DNA of 63,096 bases, filler included, from Reclinomonas americana ATCC 50394 (Eukaryota), in NCBI GenBank assembly GCA_048213135.1. It is 8 parts of 8 records of this genome, joined end to end, with 100 filler letters (N's around TTAATTAATTAA, not from the genome) between each part and the next. Parts side by side here need not be neighbours in the genome. Positions count along the whole stretch, not along the records: positions 1 to 6,491 come from AFZH01020650.1; positions 6,592 to 9,328 come from AFZH01020652.1; positions 9,429 to 15,861 come from AFZH01020653.1; 5 more parts are not named here. One strand, given 5' to 3'. The position numbers and the translations under genes were made by a program. The notes below the pieces were generated by a model. That model was not told the origin of the DNA and made no database searches. It saw only the letters and a list, made by a program, of their open reading frames with translations. This document shows positions 1 through 13,522 of the stretch, piece by piece. Numbering within the stretch: position 1 is the first letter of the stretch; every line of letters begins with the position of its first letter.

Positions 1-3000
1 ACTGGCGGTCGGCAATCCAGCTCCGTTGACAGTAAAGGTGGCGGAGCCGGTGCTGGCCACCGAACCGTACGAGGAAACCGGCGCAATGTACGCCACCTGC
101 AGGGTGTCTAGACGCACTGGCGTCGCGCCCGCGGCGAATGTGGCACACAAGGCGTAGGCGCCAGCCGGGGCACCACGAGCATCGACGCTCAGCTGCAACA
201 ACTGGCCAGTGCTGGCCGGCAACGTGGAGATCGTGACCGGAGCAAATGCCGTGGCATCGTCGCACGCGCCGCTGGAGAGCACGTAGGTGGCACCGCTCGT
301 AGGCAGTGCGGCACCCGACACGCTGACAGTCGACGGCACGCTGCGGTCAATCGTGTCCGGCAGCACCGAGTTCACTTGCACCACCGTCACCGATCCAGCA
401 TCCACCGCGGCGCTGGTACCACTGACCGTGAAGCACAAGTGGTACACACCGCCGGCCACCTGGTTGGTACCAACGTCGAGTGCCGCGGAATCGCCACTGG
501 CGCTCGTGTTGACCGCCACAGTGGAATTCGGCACCGGGGTCGGTGACGAACATGCTGTCGACGACAACACTGCCGTGTTGCCGGTCGTCGGCAGACCGCG
601 ACCCGCCACCGTCAAGTGCTGCACCGTGTTCGACGCGACAATGACAGTCGATCCCTGGAGGCCGAGGACCTCCACCACATTCAGAGCGCCAATGTCGGCG
701 TACGTGGCCGCAGCCGACGCCTGGTAGCAGTAGCGGTAGTGACCACCATGCGTGACGCCATCCGTGGTCGCCACCGTGTAGGCAATCGACGTGGATGAAA
801 CCGCGCCCAGCGTGACACTGGTACCGGCCACCGGAACCGGCGTATTCGGCGGCGGGACTGTGCACGACACCGCGATAATCACGGAGCCGCTCACCAGGCC
901 ACTGCCGGTGATCTGACCCGAGGCACTCTGCCCGGCAGTCAGCATCGACACCGACACTTGCTGCACACGCAGAACCGCGAACGCCGGTCCCGTGGCGTAC
1001 TGTGAGTTGTTGCCAAAGCGGTAGCACAACACGCCAGTGGCACCGGCCGCAGTGGAGTCGGCGGCCACATTCAACATTTGCACGCTAGACGACGATCCCG
1101 CCGCCACAGGCGTGACAGTCACGCCCGGCATGCCGACAACAGTGGTGGCTGTGCCGCACGAAGTGCCGGCCACAACCACGTACGGTGCAGTCACGCCCGT
1201 CACATCGGTGAATTGCACGCCCGACGCCTGCACGAGCTGCTGGTTGCCAGTCACCACGGCATTCACGTTGAGCTGCGTCACCTGGCCGACATTGACAGTA
1301 CCAATCGGCACAAACGAATCGCCAGCCAAGTATTGCACGCACACAGTAAGTGTCGCGCCAGCCGGGCCGTTGTTGCCAAAGTCAATCGTGTACGAGCTCA
1401 AGTCCGCCGCACCACTGACCACCGACACATTGGTTCCGTCGCCACTGCCCGCCGCACCAGTGCTACATGTCGGCGACGCCGTGACAGCAGCCGCAAACGG
1501 CTTGACAAGGCCAGCGCCGGACACCGTAATGCGCGCAATCGTGTTGACCGCCACACTAGTCGGTGACACAGACGACGCCAGAGCCAGGTCGAGCTGTGCA
1601 GCCGGAGCATACCGACCACCCACCGACCACTGTGCGCACAGCGTGCGCGAGCCACCAGTGCTTGCGCTCGAGAATGAGACCGATAGATTGGCCGACGCAC
1701 CAGAAGCGTCCACTGACACCGCCGACACTGTAGTGGCTGCGTCGAGCGCATCAATGGGGTCGCACGAGCCGTCCGTCACCAGTTTCAAGGCATCCGGATT
1801 GGAGACAATGCTGGCCGGAATGCCGCTGCCCGCCAACACAGTGGTGTGCGACGTGCCCGGATCGACGGCCAACACCGACGGCGTAACGCCAGTTGTTTGC
1901 ACCACGGTCAAGGGTGCCACGTTGAACACGCCAGTAGTTGACGCCGGCTGCCAGCACAAGCGGTAGGAACCACCAGCGGCCGCCGAAGCGTCAATAGACA
2001 ATGCCGCATTGCTGCCGTCGGCGGCCACCGTCACTGTAATCTTGGACGATGGCACCACCGGCGTCCCGCTGCCGCACTGAGCAGCGATCGTGAAGGCCGA
2101 CGAGGTCGGGATGCTGCCGCCGGTAGCCACCAGTTGGCGGTTGGCCAGCGCCGCAATGGCACTGTCGTCCACACTCTGAATCAAGGCAATCGTCAGCGGC
2201 GAACCAATCGCTACCCAGTCGGCGCCAGTCGACCACTGCGCGCACAGCGACGCAGGGCCGCTGGGTGCCGCCGTGGCATCCACCGACAGCTGCAGCGAGG
2301 TGCTGGACGGCGTGCCGGTAACAGTAGCTGAAGCCACGGTGACCGGAGTCGGGTTGGCGCACGACACTGCCACCGTGAATGAGGCTGTGGCCTGCAACGA
2401 GGCGCCAGTGACGGCCACCGTCTGGACAAAGCCACTGGCGAGCACCGCTGGCGAGGTGGCCGACACGGAGACCAGTGTCAGCGAGCCGACGCTAAAGTAC
2501 GGATTGGAGGAAGAGAAGCGCAGGCACAGAGTGGCGGAGCCGGCAGAGGCACCATTGGCGGTCGTCACTTGCGCATTCAGCAGCGTCGGGTCGACCAGGG
2601 TAGTTGAAACCGTCACAGCGGCGACTGGAGTCGGCGAAGAGCAGCCGGTGCTAGAGAGCAACAGACCGCCCTGGAATGCCGCCGGATCCACCAAACCCGA
2701 GCCCGGCACGCGAATGGTCTGCGATCCAGCGCTGACAATGCCAATTGCCACAGGCGAGGTGGCGCCAACGCTGGCCACATTCAGCGCACCAGCAATCACC
2801 GGCTGCACCATTTGCGTCCATCGCACACACAAGTTGAACGGACCACCAGTCTGCGCCGAAGCGTCAGCAGTGACCGTCAACGACAGCGTGGTGCCGTCGG
2901 CCGACACGCTGTCCGCCGACACGCTCACACCGGACACAGCCACAGGCGTCTCGGTGGTGCAATCATTGGTCGACAGCACCACCGACGTGGGCAGCACGAG

Positions 3001-6000
3001 GCCAACTCCGGTGGCTTGCACTTGCGTGGCCGCGCTCACCGGCACCGCCGCCGTGCTCAAACTGGTGACGCCCGTGAAGGCGAGCGAGCCGACAGCCACC
3101 AACGGCTGGCCGTTCTCGAAGCGAGCGCATAGCGAGTACCGGCCAGCGGGAGTAACACCGCCGTCACTTGTCACGTCCAGTGAAATCAGCGACGACGACG
3201 ACGACGTCCACGCCAGCGTCACGCCAGCCAACGAGTCCCCGCCACAGGCCGCGGACGGCAGCTGCAGCGAGAACGCATTGGCGACACCATTGACGTTGGG
3301 CAGACCGGCGCCATTCACCAGCACCGAATTGTGCGTGCCAATCGGCAGCAGATCGGGCATCAGCGAAATCACTTGCACAATGTACACCGTGCCAATCTCC
3401 GTGTACTGGCTGGCCGAGCTGTTGGCCCAGCGCAAGCACACTGGGTACAGGCCGCCGGCCGCCGAAGTTTGCGTGGCAACGCGGAAAGCCATAAGTGTGG
3501 GATCGTGGTACAGCGTGGTAACTGTGACACCGGCCAGGGCCTCGGGCGACTCGCGCGACGGCGAGCTGCACGACACGCGACCAATCAGAATGCCATTGCT
3601 GACATTGTCAATGCTGGTCATGAATGTGCCGACAACGGAGATGCCGTCGCGTGTCTGACCGGCCACCACAGCCGCACCGTCGGGCGTCACTTGCGCCGTG
3701 GCCACCGTAATGGCCGGGCCCTGCGTCCACGGCTCAGTCGGCGACAGTTGCACGCAGAGGTAGTAGGCACCGGCGGCGCCAGCATTGACAGTAATCAGCG
3801 CACTGCTGCCAAATGTCGCAGTGACCGAGGCCGTGCCGGCCGATGCCGACATGGTGGCAAAGCCGGAGCTCGGCGACGAGCACGAGCTCGCAAGCTGGAA
3901 CGAGGCGGTAGAGAACGAGCTCGGTGTGAAACCGGAGCCACTCAGCTGCACAGTCTGCGACTGGTACGCCGTCACAGTCGACGGCACCACGGCCGTGACC
4001 GCCAGCACTTGCAAGGTCGACACGAACGAGTACGCCGACGAATCGTCAAAGCGAGCGCACAGCGAGTACGTGTCAGCGGCCGTCGACGGCGCAGTTACGC
4101 TAAGCACCACCTGCGTCGAAGCCAGCGAGGTAACCGACACACTGGAACCGGCGGCCGCAGCGCTGTCGCTGCAGGCTGTCGAGACGCGGAATTGCATGGG
4201 AGCCACAAAGCCAGCGCCCTCCACGGTCACTGCCACCACGGCGTTGATGAACATGGACTGCGGGCTCGTGGACACGGCAGCCGCCACATTAAAGGCGGAA
4301 ATCTGCACGTAAGCGCTGGTGCTCACGTAGCGAGCACACAGCACAAAGGCGCCGTGCGGAACAGCGCTCGTCGTGTCGATCTGGAACGAGGCCGACGACG
4401 AGGATGGAACCTGCACGTTAACAATCTGCACACCGCCAAGCATGGCTGCCGAGCAGTCGGTGGCGATCTTGAACGGTGCGTCAACATCCGTCGCAATCGC
4501 CGACACGAAGCCGGCACCGGAGAGCGCAATCGAGTTGCCAGTGGAGCCGGCCCACACTGCCTGAGGAGCCACAGCGGCGACCGAGACAATACCGAGCGGG
4601 CTCAACGCAGCGTACGCCGCGGATGCGTCGTAGCGGGCGCACAGCGAGTACGAACCGCCAGTCGCAGCGCCGGCGTCAATGCTGAGATTGAGCACGGTCT
4701 CCGACACAAACGTGGCCGACACGGACGACACTGCCGAAGTTGGGTTGGCACAATCGGCCGCCACCACAAACGACGGGAGCGTGTTGTTGAAACCGGCACC
4801 GGTAACAGCCACCTGCTGACCGCTGGCGGCCGGAATCAACGCCGGTACCACCGACGACACACCCGACACGGCATGAGCACCGACATCCACGTAGTCGGCG
4901 GCCGCCGACGGACGGAAGCACACGCGGTAGTTGTCGGGGGCGACGCCGTGCGCGTCAAACGACACGCTCAGCGAAGTGCTGGACACATAAGAGACTGGCA
5001 GCGTGGCGGTGATGGCGGGATCGTCGGGCGACGGCTTGGAGCAGTCGGCCGCCAAAATCCACGCCGAGTCGTCGGACGACGGCAAAAAGGCCACGCCGCT
5101 CACCACACCGGACACAGTCGTGCCAGCAAACTGCTGTGTCGGACTGACGCTCGACACTGTCGAGATGTTAATGGTGGACACGGCAACGTACGGCGACGTG
5201 TTCGTCCACCGCAAGCACACCGAGTACACGCCACCAGCGGCATTCGACGCATCGGCAGTCACAGACAACTGCGAGGGGTCGTCAAACGACAGCGAAATCG
5301 CCGACGCCGGGACCACCGGTGTCGACGAGCACGTGGTGGCGATAAACATGGGTGCGTCGACCGTGGAAAGGTCGACAAAACCGTCACCGTTCAGCGTGAA
5401 CAACTGGTTGGCCGCATTGGTAATGGCCATCGGTTGAGACGGCGCCACTCCGGCAATCACCACCGCACCACTGTCAGTGTACGGCGCAGACGGATCCCAG
5501 CGCACGCACAGACGCGCAGCACCGGCCGCCGCACCATCGGCATTCACCGTCAGCGTCATGGCCGTCGACGACGTGTACTGCGAGCTGACCGAAGCCACCA
5601 CCACCGGCGGCGAAACATCGCAGCTGCGAGCGACCACAAATGCGGCCGCGTCGCTAGACACATTCACCAGTCCAGCGCCCGTCACGCCCACCGTCTGTCC
5701 ATCCACTGGCGTCAACACCAGCGGCGACGACGGCAGCACCACGTGAGCAATGCTCAGAGAGCCGGCATCTGCGTACGCCGTCGTGTGCGACCAGCGGACG
5801 CACACGTGGTATGAGCCGGCCGCGCTGCTGGTGGCATCCACCAACAACGGCAGCACAGTCGGCGTCACTTGCTGCGATTCGATCGTGACTGGAGCCACCG
5901 ATGTCGGCGAACCGGCACACGAGGCCGCCACCACAATGCTGTCAATGTTGTCCACCAGCGTGTTGAGACCGTTGCCGAGGAGACTGACACGAGAGACAGC

Positions 6001-6491
6001 GCCACTGGGAACGGCCGCGGGTTGCACACCAGTAATCGCCACCACACTGAATGGCGTGCCAAAGGCCAGCGAGGGACTCTCGCTGTTGCCCCAGGCCACA
6101 CAAAGCGAGTACGCTCCCGGATCGACGCCGCGTGCGTCCACTGCGAGTTGCATGGAAGCCGAGGAGGTGAACGTGGCAACGACTGCACCGACAGCACCCG
6201 AGTATGGTGCGCACGTGACAGCCAGCGAGAACGCCGACGAACGATCAATAAAGCCAGCGCCACCCAATTGCACCGCATTGCCGGCCGATGGCGACAGCGT
6301 CAGCGGCGACACCGAGGTCACTTGCGCCAGGTTGAACGGCGAGATATTTTGCGGGGCCGAACCGACGCTCATGTAGAGAGCGTAGGCACCGGCCGGCGAG
6401 CTCGGCGCGACGGTCACCGCCACGTGGATCTCCGTGCTCGACACGACAGAGCCGACCAGAGTGACGTCGGGCACAGCGACCGACGGATCAG
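1..6491 (-). CDS. Giant surface protein, internal part: one uninterrupted exon of at least 2160 codons made of about 100-aa Ig-like (IPT/TIG-like) repeats; runs off the window start
   Basis: The same minus frame reads at both ends (6489: DPSVAVPDVTLVGSVVSSTEIHV...; near 1: ...SATFTVNGAGLPTAS). The ORF track lists no ORF terminating in this frame. The recurring unit is VxxVxP...GxG[LF]...vvaxxC...l.v.vda....G.Y.[LV]C.R[WF]....Y. Confidence 0.85.
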
Positions 6492-6591
6492 NNNNNNNNN
6501 NNNNNNNNNNNNNNNNNNNNNNNNNNNNNNNNNNNTTAATTAATTAANNNNNNNNNNNNNNNNNNNNNNNNNNNNNNNNNNNNNNNNNNNN
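6492..6591. other. Artificial contig spacer N44-TTAATTAATTAA-N44 (also 9329-9428, 15862-15961, 23988-24087, 27829-27928, 56727-56826, 61206-61305)
   Basis: Seven identical 100-nt units carrying a palindromic six-frame stop linker. Confidence 0.97.
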
Positions 6592-9238
6592 GCCACCAAT
6601 CGACACTGTGCCCGCTGGCACGAACGGCTCAATCGAGGCCCAGCGCACACACAGGTTCTTCTGGCCAGGCGTGGCCAACGCGGCACTGACAGACAAGTCA
6701 ATCTCCGAGGCGGCGACAAAAGTGCTTGGCAGTGCGCTGGCCGCCGCGGCTTGCGCGCAGGCCGCATCGGCAAACACAAAAACGCCGGGCTTGACCATGG
6801 CCGCGCCGAGGACGCGGACTGTGGACGGCACACCGGCGGGGATGTTGTTGGGGGACAGCGAGGTGACCGCCGCCAGCGACATGGACGACAGCGTCACGTA
6901 CGCCGCGCCGGTAGTCCAGCGCGCGCAGAGAGACACCACATCGCCCGACGCCACTCCAGTGGTGTCGAAGCGCAGCTGCACTTGCGTTGAACTCACAAAC
7001 GTGTTGGTGACCGCGGAACCGGCAACCACCACCGGCGAGGTGCCGGAGCAGCTGCGAGACAGCACGTACGCTCGGCTGTCAGCCGACGTGTTAGGCAAGC
7101 CGGCACCCGTCACTGGAATGTTGGGGATGACGGCTCGAATCGGCACGACGTTGACACCGACGGCCGTCACACCCGCAAAGGTGATGGGGCCGGCCGAGTA
7201 CCACCAGTGCGCCAGGGGAAGGCGAACGCACAGCTTGTAGTTGCCGGGCGCCGCCGAGGCGTTGGTAAACGAGATTCGCCACGCGCGGCACGAGATGTGT
7301 CGGGCGCACGTAATCTGCACGGACACGGTGGTGTGAGGGACAAGAGACACTGTTGGGAAGAGACAGATGGCAATACATACCGTAGCCACAGGGTTCGGAG
7401 CAAAGCCGCAGTTGCTGGCAATGACGAAGGGGTAGAAGAAGGCATGCGGTAGGCCGCGACCACGCAGCGTCAGTGTCTTGACTGTGGTGTCGATCGGGAA
7501 GGTGTTGGGAGTGATCTGGAACCGGCCAAAGCAGCGGAACGGAATGGCAGGCACATAGAAGGCACCGACCGACCAGCGGACGCACACGGTCCAGTCGCCG
7601 GCGACCACCGTCGTGGTGTCGAGAGACACGTTGAGCGACGTCGGGGTGACCGAGGTGACCGAGAAGCGCGCCGCAATCGTCGTAATGTCCACCGAAACGC
7701 AGCTCTGCGCCAGCACCACGGCATACTGGTCACCGCTGAGGTCCACAATGCCCGTGCCCGCCAGCGCGATCGGCACAATGCTCGGCACACCAGCTTCGGT
7801 GTAGAAGGTGGTGTCGTTGGCGTACACGGTATCCGGAGTGACACTGATGATCTTGGCAATCTGGGAGAAGCATGTCAACATAACATTACGTCAGCAACTG
7901 CGCATAGAGAAGCGCACACAAGTGGACACGAACCGTGAAACCGCCAGTCAGGTGCAACAGCGGCGCACCGACAAACGGCGACGCGCACACGTACAGTGTG
8001 GTGGCCGTCTGCTGCGTGGTGACGGTCAGCAGGCAGCGGGTGTGATCAATGTAGGTTGCCGAGGTGACTGAAGCAATCGTGACGCCGGTGCACACAGTCG
8101 GCGACGACGACAGGAACCAGTTGCCAATGGTGGGCGGCATTCCGGCGCCCACCACCGTGATCACGGTGCTGATACCGTGACCAACGGCCACTGGCGTCAG
8201 TGCCACCGTGCGAGTAACCACGTGGAAGGTGGAGAAGCTCTCGGCCACGGCGCACACGCCAGAGATGCAGCCGCAGAGCTGGAAGACGCCAGCCGTGTTC
8301 GAGGTGGTCACGGTGACGGAGATTTGGTTGCCTGCCGTCGACACCGCAACCTTGGTAACCTGGTGCACCAGACCCGTGGTCACAGTGCACGCCGTGGAGA
8401 CGAAGAACGAGGCCGCCGACGAGATGAAGCCCGATCCTGACGCCACGGGGTGAGCATCTGCTGAACGGGGAAAAGGGATAACAGTGACGACGCACCGAGC
8501 ACGGTCACGACAGCAGTGGACTGGACTGGAATAGCGGCAGGCACGACCTGAGTGACGGCGGCTGCACAGGCATGGTGTGAGGGGGAAGATGGTGGGAGGG
8601 GAGAAGAAAAGACGTGAATGTTACTATTGACTGTCAACACTCACCAATCTGCAGCAAGCCGGCGTCAATGTACGGGCCGCCGGCCACCCAGCGGAGGCAC
8701 AGACGGCGCGCGCCGACCACCAAGCCCGACGACTTGACGACTGTGACGCGGACCGACGACGAGTTGACGGCAGTAAAGGTGGAGCACGAAATGTTTGCCA
8801 CGGCCACCACACTAGCACCGCACGACGTGGCAATGACGCCGCCAATCGGTGCCAGCAGGCCATTGCCGTTGATGGTGATGAATGTGGATCCGACATACGA
8901 GGTCACAACAGCCGGCACGAGGCTGCTGACGCCGACAATCTGCAGAGCATTGGTGACGGCCACGTAGGCGGCGCCCGGCGACGGCAGCATGCACAGCCTG
9001 TAGTTGGCGGCCGGCAGCACCGACGTTGCCAGCGAGAACTGCAGGGTGGCGGCCGTGTCGAGACGCGACGTCACCGTCACCTGTACGCCGCTGACAGCCG
9101 CCGGCACGCCGACGGTGCAAGCCGCCGTCGAGACCACAAAGGTGGCCGACGGAGCCAGGAAACCGCGACCACTGACCACCACAGTCTGCACACCTCCCGA
9201 CAGCACCAGCAGGGCAGGGCTGATAGAGACCACGCGCA
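6592..9238 (-). CDS. Upstream exons of the same Ig-like repeat protein
   Basis: Same repeat (NYRLCMLP, RRLCLRW, DWTVCVRW, NYKLCVRL, KNLCVRW). Short GT-AG introns, e.g. 8644-~8565, ~7931-7861 and ~7380-7315. Confidence 0.8.
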
Positions 9239-9528
9239 CTGTTGACAGGGAGAATTAAATAAAAGAGAGTGAGGGGGGGGGGTGGGGGGGGGGGGGCAGG
9301 AAAGGAAGTGAATGGCTGGCTGGTGGAGNNNNNNNNNNNNNNNNNNNNNNNNNNNNNNNNNNNNNNNNNNNNTTAATTAATTAANNNNNNNNNNNNNNNN
9401 NNNNNNNNNNNNNNNNNNNNNNNNNNNNAAGGGGAAGAGAAGGGGAAGGGAAGGGGGAGAGAAGGGGGAGAGAGAGTGGATGAGCGATTTCTTCCGGAGA
9501 CAAGGAGACGAAGCAAGAGGCGACTCAC

Positions 9529-10939
9529 CAGACGGACTGTAGCGAATCACCTGGCGCCCAAGAGTATCCGGGCACAGCAGTGAGCCGTCGGTATCCACCG
9601 AGAAGCCAAAGTTGGAGCCATTGTACTTGATCGACGAGTGGAACAGAGTGGTCACGAGGCCTGAGAATGTCGGCACACACAAAGTAAGCAAATAAAATAG
9701 CAAGGGGGAGCGAAGAAAAAGGTCGCGCGCGCACCCGTGGCATAGGTGATGCGACGGAACACAATGTGGCTCGACTGGTAATTGTCGGCAATGTAGAGGT
9801 GTTGTCCACTGGGGTGATGGGCGAGGCCGACCACTCTGCACACACGCACACACACGCAGACGAACGAATGTGACCACCAATGACAAATGGCGTTTCAGCC
9901 AAGGAGTCGGCCGCAACTGTGAGAAAGTAGCCGAGGCGCACGGTCCATCCACCAAACCAGCTTTGCCCGCAACACCGGCAAACACTGTCGACGTAGTCAC
10001 TGTGGAGACACAAAAAAGTGAGAAAAGTGAAAAAACAGCGCAGTGCGAGAAGCAGCAATGCATGGGAGTGGGCCGCAACTCGTCGAATTCCACACACGCA
10101 CAGTCGTCGTCGACCCAAAGAACACACGCGGAGTCGATGGAGCCGGGAACACCGCCGGGTGCGTAGACACACACGAGACGGGCACCGGACTGACATGCGT
10201 GGCCACAAATGACCCTGGAGAGAATCCGCGTCAATATGCAAGGGGCACGCAAAACTAGACAAACACACTTTTCTCACGTACCCGACGTGTACAAGTGGAT
10301 CGCCCGCGTCTGCACAACACACACATCAACAACATGAGGGAAAATGCATGCCGGCGAAAACAACGCAAAGCACAAGGTGGAAAACACGGGAATTGCCTAG
10401 TTTGACTAAGCCAAAGTTGGACACGAACCGCACACACACAAAAAAGACACACACACGCGCACAAGCAGAGACACACAGACAACAACACGCACGAGAGAGA
10501 GAGAGCGTGCGTGCGTGTCAAGTGGCAGACATTTCCCGACGTCCCACGCACACGCACACGCGCACGCGCTCCGAACGAATGCGCGCATCCCCCATAAAGT
10601 CTCACACTCTCGCCACGCAACTGTGGTGTCGGCCACAAACACACTGCTGCTCGCCGCGCACACATGATGCGGAGTGACCAGCGCGGTGATTTTGATCGAC
10701 ACACGCCGGTCATGCTCCTCGACAGCTCTTGTCGCAAACAACCCGGCGGCGACCGCATCACCATCAAAGTCACTGCTAAGCGGAAGCACAAATGCCGGCG
10801 GTGTCGGCAGCGTGCTCACAGTCACCGACGACGAGGATGCGCATTGCTGCACTGTGTCACCGGCAACCGCAACAACAACAACAACGAGAAGGAGGAAAAG
10901 AGAGAGAAGAGCGAGGCTGCTTGTGCGTGCCATGGCCAT
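9529..10939 (-). CDS. Probable N-terminus of the giant protein: signal peptide plus NHL-like beta-propeller exons
   Basis: MAMARTSSLALLSLFLLLVVVVVAVAG signal peptide. Exons SVFVADTT, STVFAGVAGKAGLVDGPCASATFS, GLAHHPSGQHLYIADNY and VDTDGSLLCPDTLGRQVIRYSPSG resemble NHL repeats. Linkage to the repeats crosses a gap. Confidence 0.6.
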
Positions 10940-11146
10940 CACCCTTGCGAAAAAAGCAGACAGACGCTTTTTTTCCTCCACTCTGTGTTTTCTGTCTGCA
11001 CAGCGCGACTCACGCACGCGCAAGCAAGAAAAACGCAGAAAAAGGAAGAACACCGGCGATGGTGCGCGTCAAAAGAAGCAGGAAAAAAACAGGTGGACAG
11101 AAGCGCGACTCTGTCCGCGGCTCGCGGGGACAACCGTTACCGCGCA

Positions 11147-13208
11147 ATGTCGTTCAGAGAACTGAGAAGTTGCGGCGCTCCTCTCTCTGTGTGTGTGTGT
11201 TATGTTATGTGCTCATCTTGTGTGCGTGCGTGTATGTGTCAGACTTTGTGGAGAACTTGCGGGCGTTGGGGTACCCGCGGTCGGTGTCGATGGAGAGCTT
11301 TCGCTCGGCGAACTTTCGCATGATGGCTGAGATTGCCTCGTGGCTTGTGCACAAGTTGTGTCTGCTCTCTGTCTCTCTCTGAGAGGCCACTTTGGCGCTC
11401 ATTTTGAAGTCGTGGTGTTTGTTTGTCATTAGGTACGATCCGTCGTTGGATGTGCCGGTTGACATTGAGGACGAGGAGGAGCGTATTGCGTTTGTGCGCA
11501 ACGTGGCGCATGTGATGGTCAGTCTTGCTCTCACACACACACTCTTGCTCTTTGCGTCTTCTTACACGCTGGTTGAGCGCAGCTGACCAAGGCACACATC
11601 AAGCTCAACACAAAGAAGCTGTATGGCTCGGATGGATACGCAGTGAAGGAGCTGCTGAAGATCTCGTCGCTGCTGAAGCGCGCCATGGAGTCCAAGGATC
11701 AGCCGGTGCGTGGTCTCTCTCTCACACACACACACTCTTCAATCTCTCATGTGTCGCGAGAGCAGGATGTGACTCCGCAAGAGATGGAGCGCGGGGTGGT
11801 GGACACGAAGCAGACGCGCACGCTGGCCACGGAGCTCACCAAGCGCGGCGCCGACCTGTCGAAGCACCTGGAGCGCGAGGTCGAGCTGCGGGTGAGTTGT
11901 CATTATTTTGCGCGCGCGCCATGATTGCAGTGGTGTCCGATTTCGCGTGTCTCACGTGGGGCGTGTGTAACAGGAGGAGCGCCACAAGGCCAGCTCGCGT
12001 ACGATTGAGTTTGACGAGGTGGAGGCGTTTATTCGCGAGTTTCGTCGACTTGCTTGCACCACGCGGGGTGTTGTTGGGTGAGAGGGCCTCACTTCGTGCA
12101 TCGCAGGGACATTGAGAATGCACAGGAGGAGATGCGAAACCTGCGGGCGCGCATCGAGAACATGACGTCGGACTCGCGCAACTTGGAGCAGAAGATTGAG
12201 CGGAAACGTGGTGAGCTGGAGCGCGGCAAGAAGCGCCTCAAGTCGTACCAGAACATCCGGCCCGGGTTCATGGACGAGTACGAGAAGCTGGAGCGCGAGC
12301 TCAAGGGTCTCTTTGCGTTCTACGCCGACAAGTTCCGCACGCTGCAGTACTTGGAGAACGAGAAGCAAAAGTACGATACAGAGGAGGCGGCGCGGTTGGA
12401 GAAGGGCAAGAAGAAGCTGGAGGATTTGAAGGTCAGGGTATGAGTATTTAAGTAGGGTCAGAGCCCCATGGGAGCTGAACGTGCGCGCGTCTCTTCTCAG
12501 ACGCGACTGCGCGAGCAAGAACGCAAGCTGCTGGAGGGTGACACGCTGGGCGAGGACGAGCTGGACGAGGCCATGCGTTTCGTTTTTCTTACTGCATTTT
12601 CTCTCTTCCGAGAAGAAGTGCCCACTTTTTCTTGTCGCACACAGATGCCGTGTCAAGGCGTGCTGCGGGTGGTGCCGGTGGCGGTGGTGGTGGTCTGAAC
12701 AATGCTCACGGTGGTGGCGGCAGCGCAGGCGACTACCGGCAAGGACAGGGCGTCAGCGGCGTGCCTGGTCGGGGTGCAGCTGGTGGTGGTGGTGCGCCAG
12801 GCCGGGGCGGTGGTGGCGGCGGCGGCGGTAACGCAGGCATGGATGCATCGGGCGGTGCCGGCAGTGGCAAGAGAAGCAAGTCGCGCGCCATGAAGCGACC
12901 AGGCGCCGCGTCGTCACGACGCTCAAGAGGTTGGTTTTGTTGACAAGAGAAGCAGCAGGAAGCAGAGGGCGCAGCGAGTGTTCTGAACCCTTGTCTGTGC
13001 CGACACAGCACATGCCAACATGCAAGGCAACATGTTTGGCGGCAGCAGCGACGAGTCGGACGATGTCAGCGACATGGACTCGAGCGACGGCGAAGTCGAG
13101 ATTGCTGGCGGCGGCGATTCGGAAGATCTTTATGGCCTCGACGACGAGGGCGACGAGTCGGAGGAGGAAATTGATGACGACGAGGACGATGGCGATGTGG
13201 GCTTCTGA
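11147..13208 (+). CDS. CLUAP1: Clusterin-associated protein 1 / IFT38 (IFT-B), multi-exon
   Basis: Spliced product [32 protein letters not shown]...LTKAHIKLNTKKLYGSDGYAVKELLKI...KKRLKSYQNIRPGFMDEYEKLE, with an acidic tail ending DDGDVGF*. Confidence 0.95.
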
Positions 13209-13522
13209 GCAGCTCGGCTGCAGAATGTGTGTATGAATGAAAAAAAGCCGCTCCTTACGTAACATCATACCTTCGTCCTGCCCAGTCATCGTCCTGTCGT
13301 TCCCATCGCTTCTGACTGGCGTGCTTGGTGGTGAGTGAACTTCGCCCACTGTGTGCTTCCGTGTGTGCATGCGTCTGTGCTTGCATGCTTCTGTGTGGCT
13401 TCTGGCGGGGGCGGCATGTCGATCCGCACCATCAACTCTCTCTCACACACCCTCTCTCTCTCTCTCCTCCCCGTCTCCATCAGGTGTGTGTTAGTGAGTG
13501 TGAGTGTGCACAAGCCGCAAAC

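Noticed and set aside
3331..5814. 827-aa plus-strand ORF and the other plus ORFs in 287-6543
   Set aside because: These are antisense shadows of the GC-rich minus-strand repeat exon, with Arg/His-rich composition and no motifs.
6536..6547. Recurring TTAATTAATTAA palindrome as an element or target site
   Set aside because: It is always centred in N runs, so it is an assembly linker.
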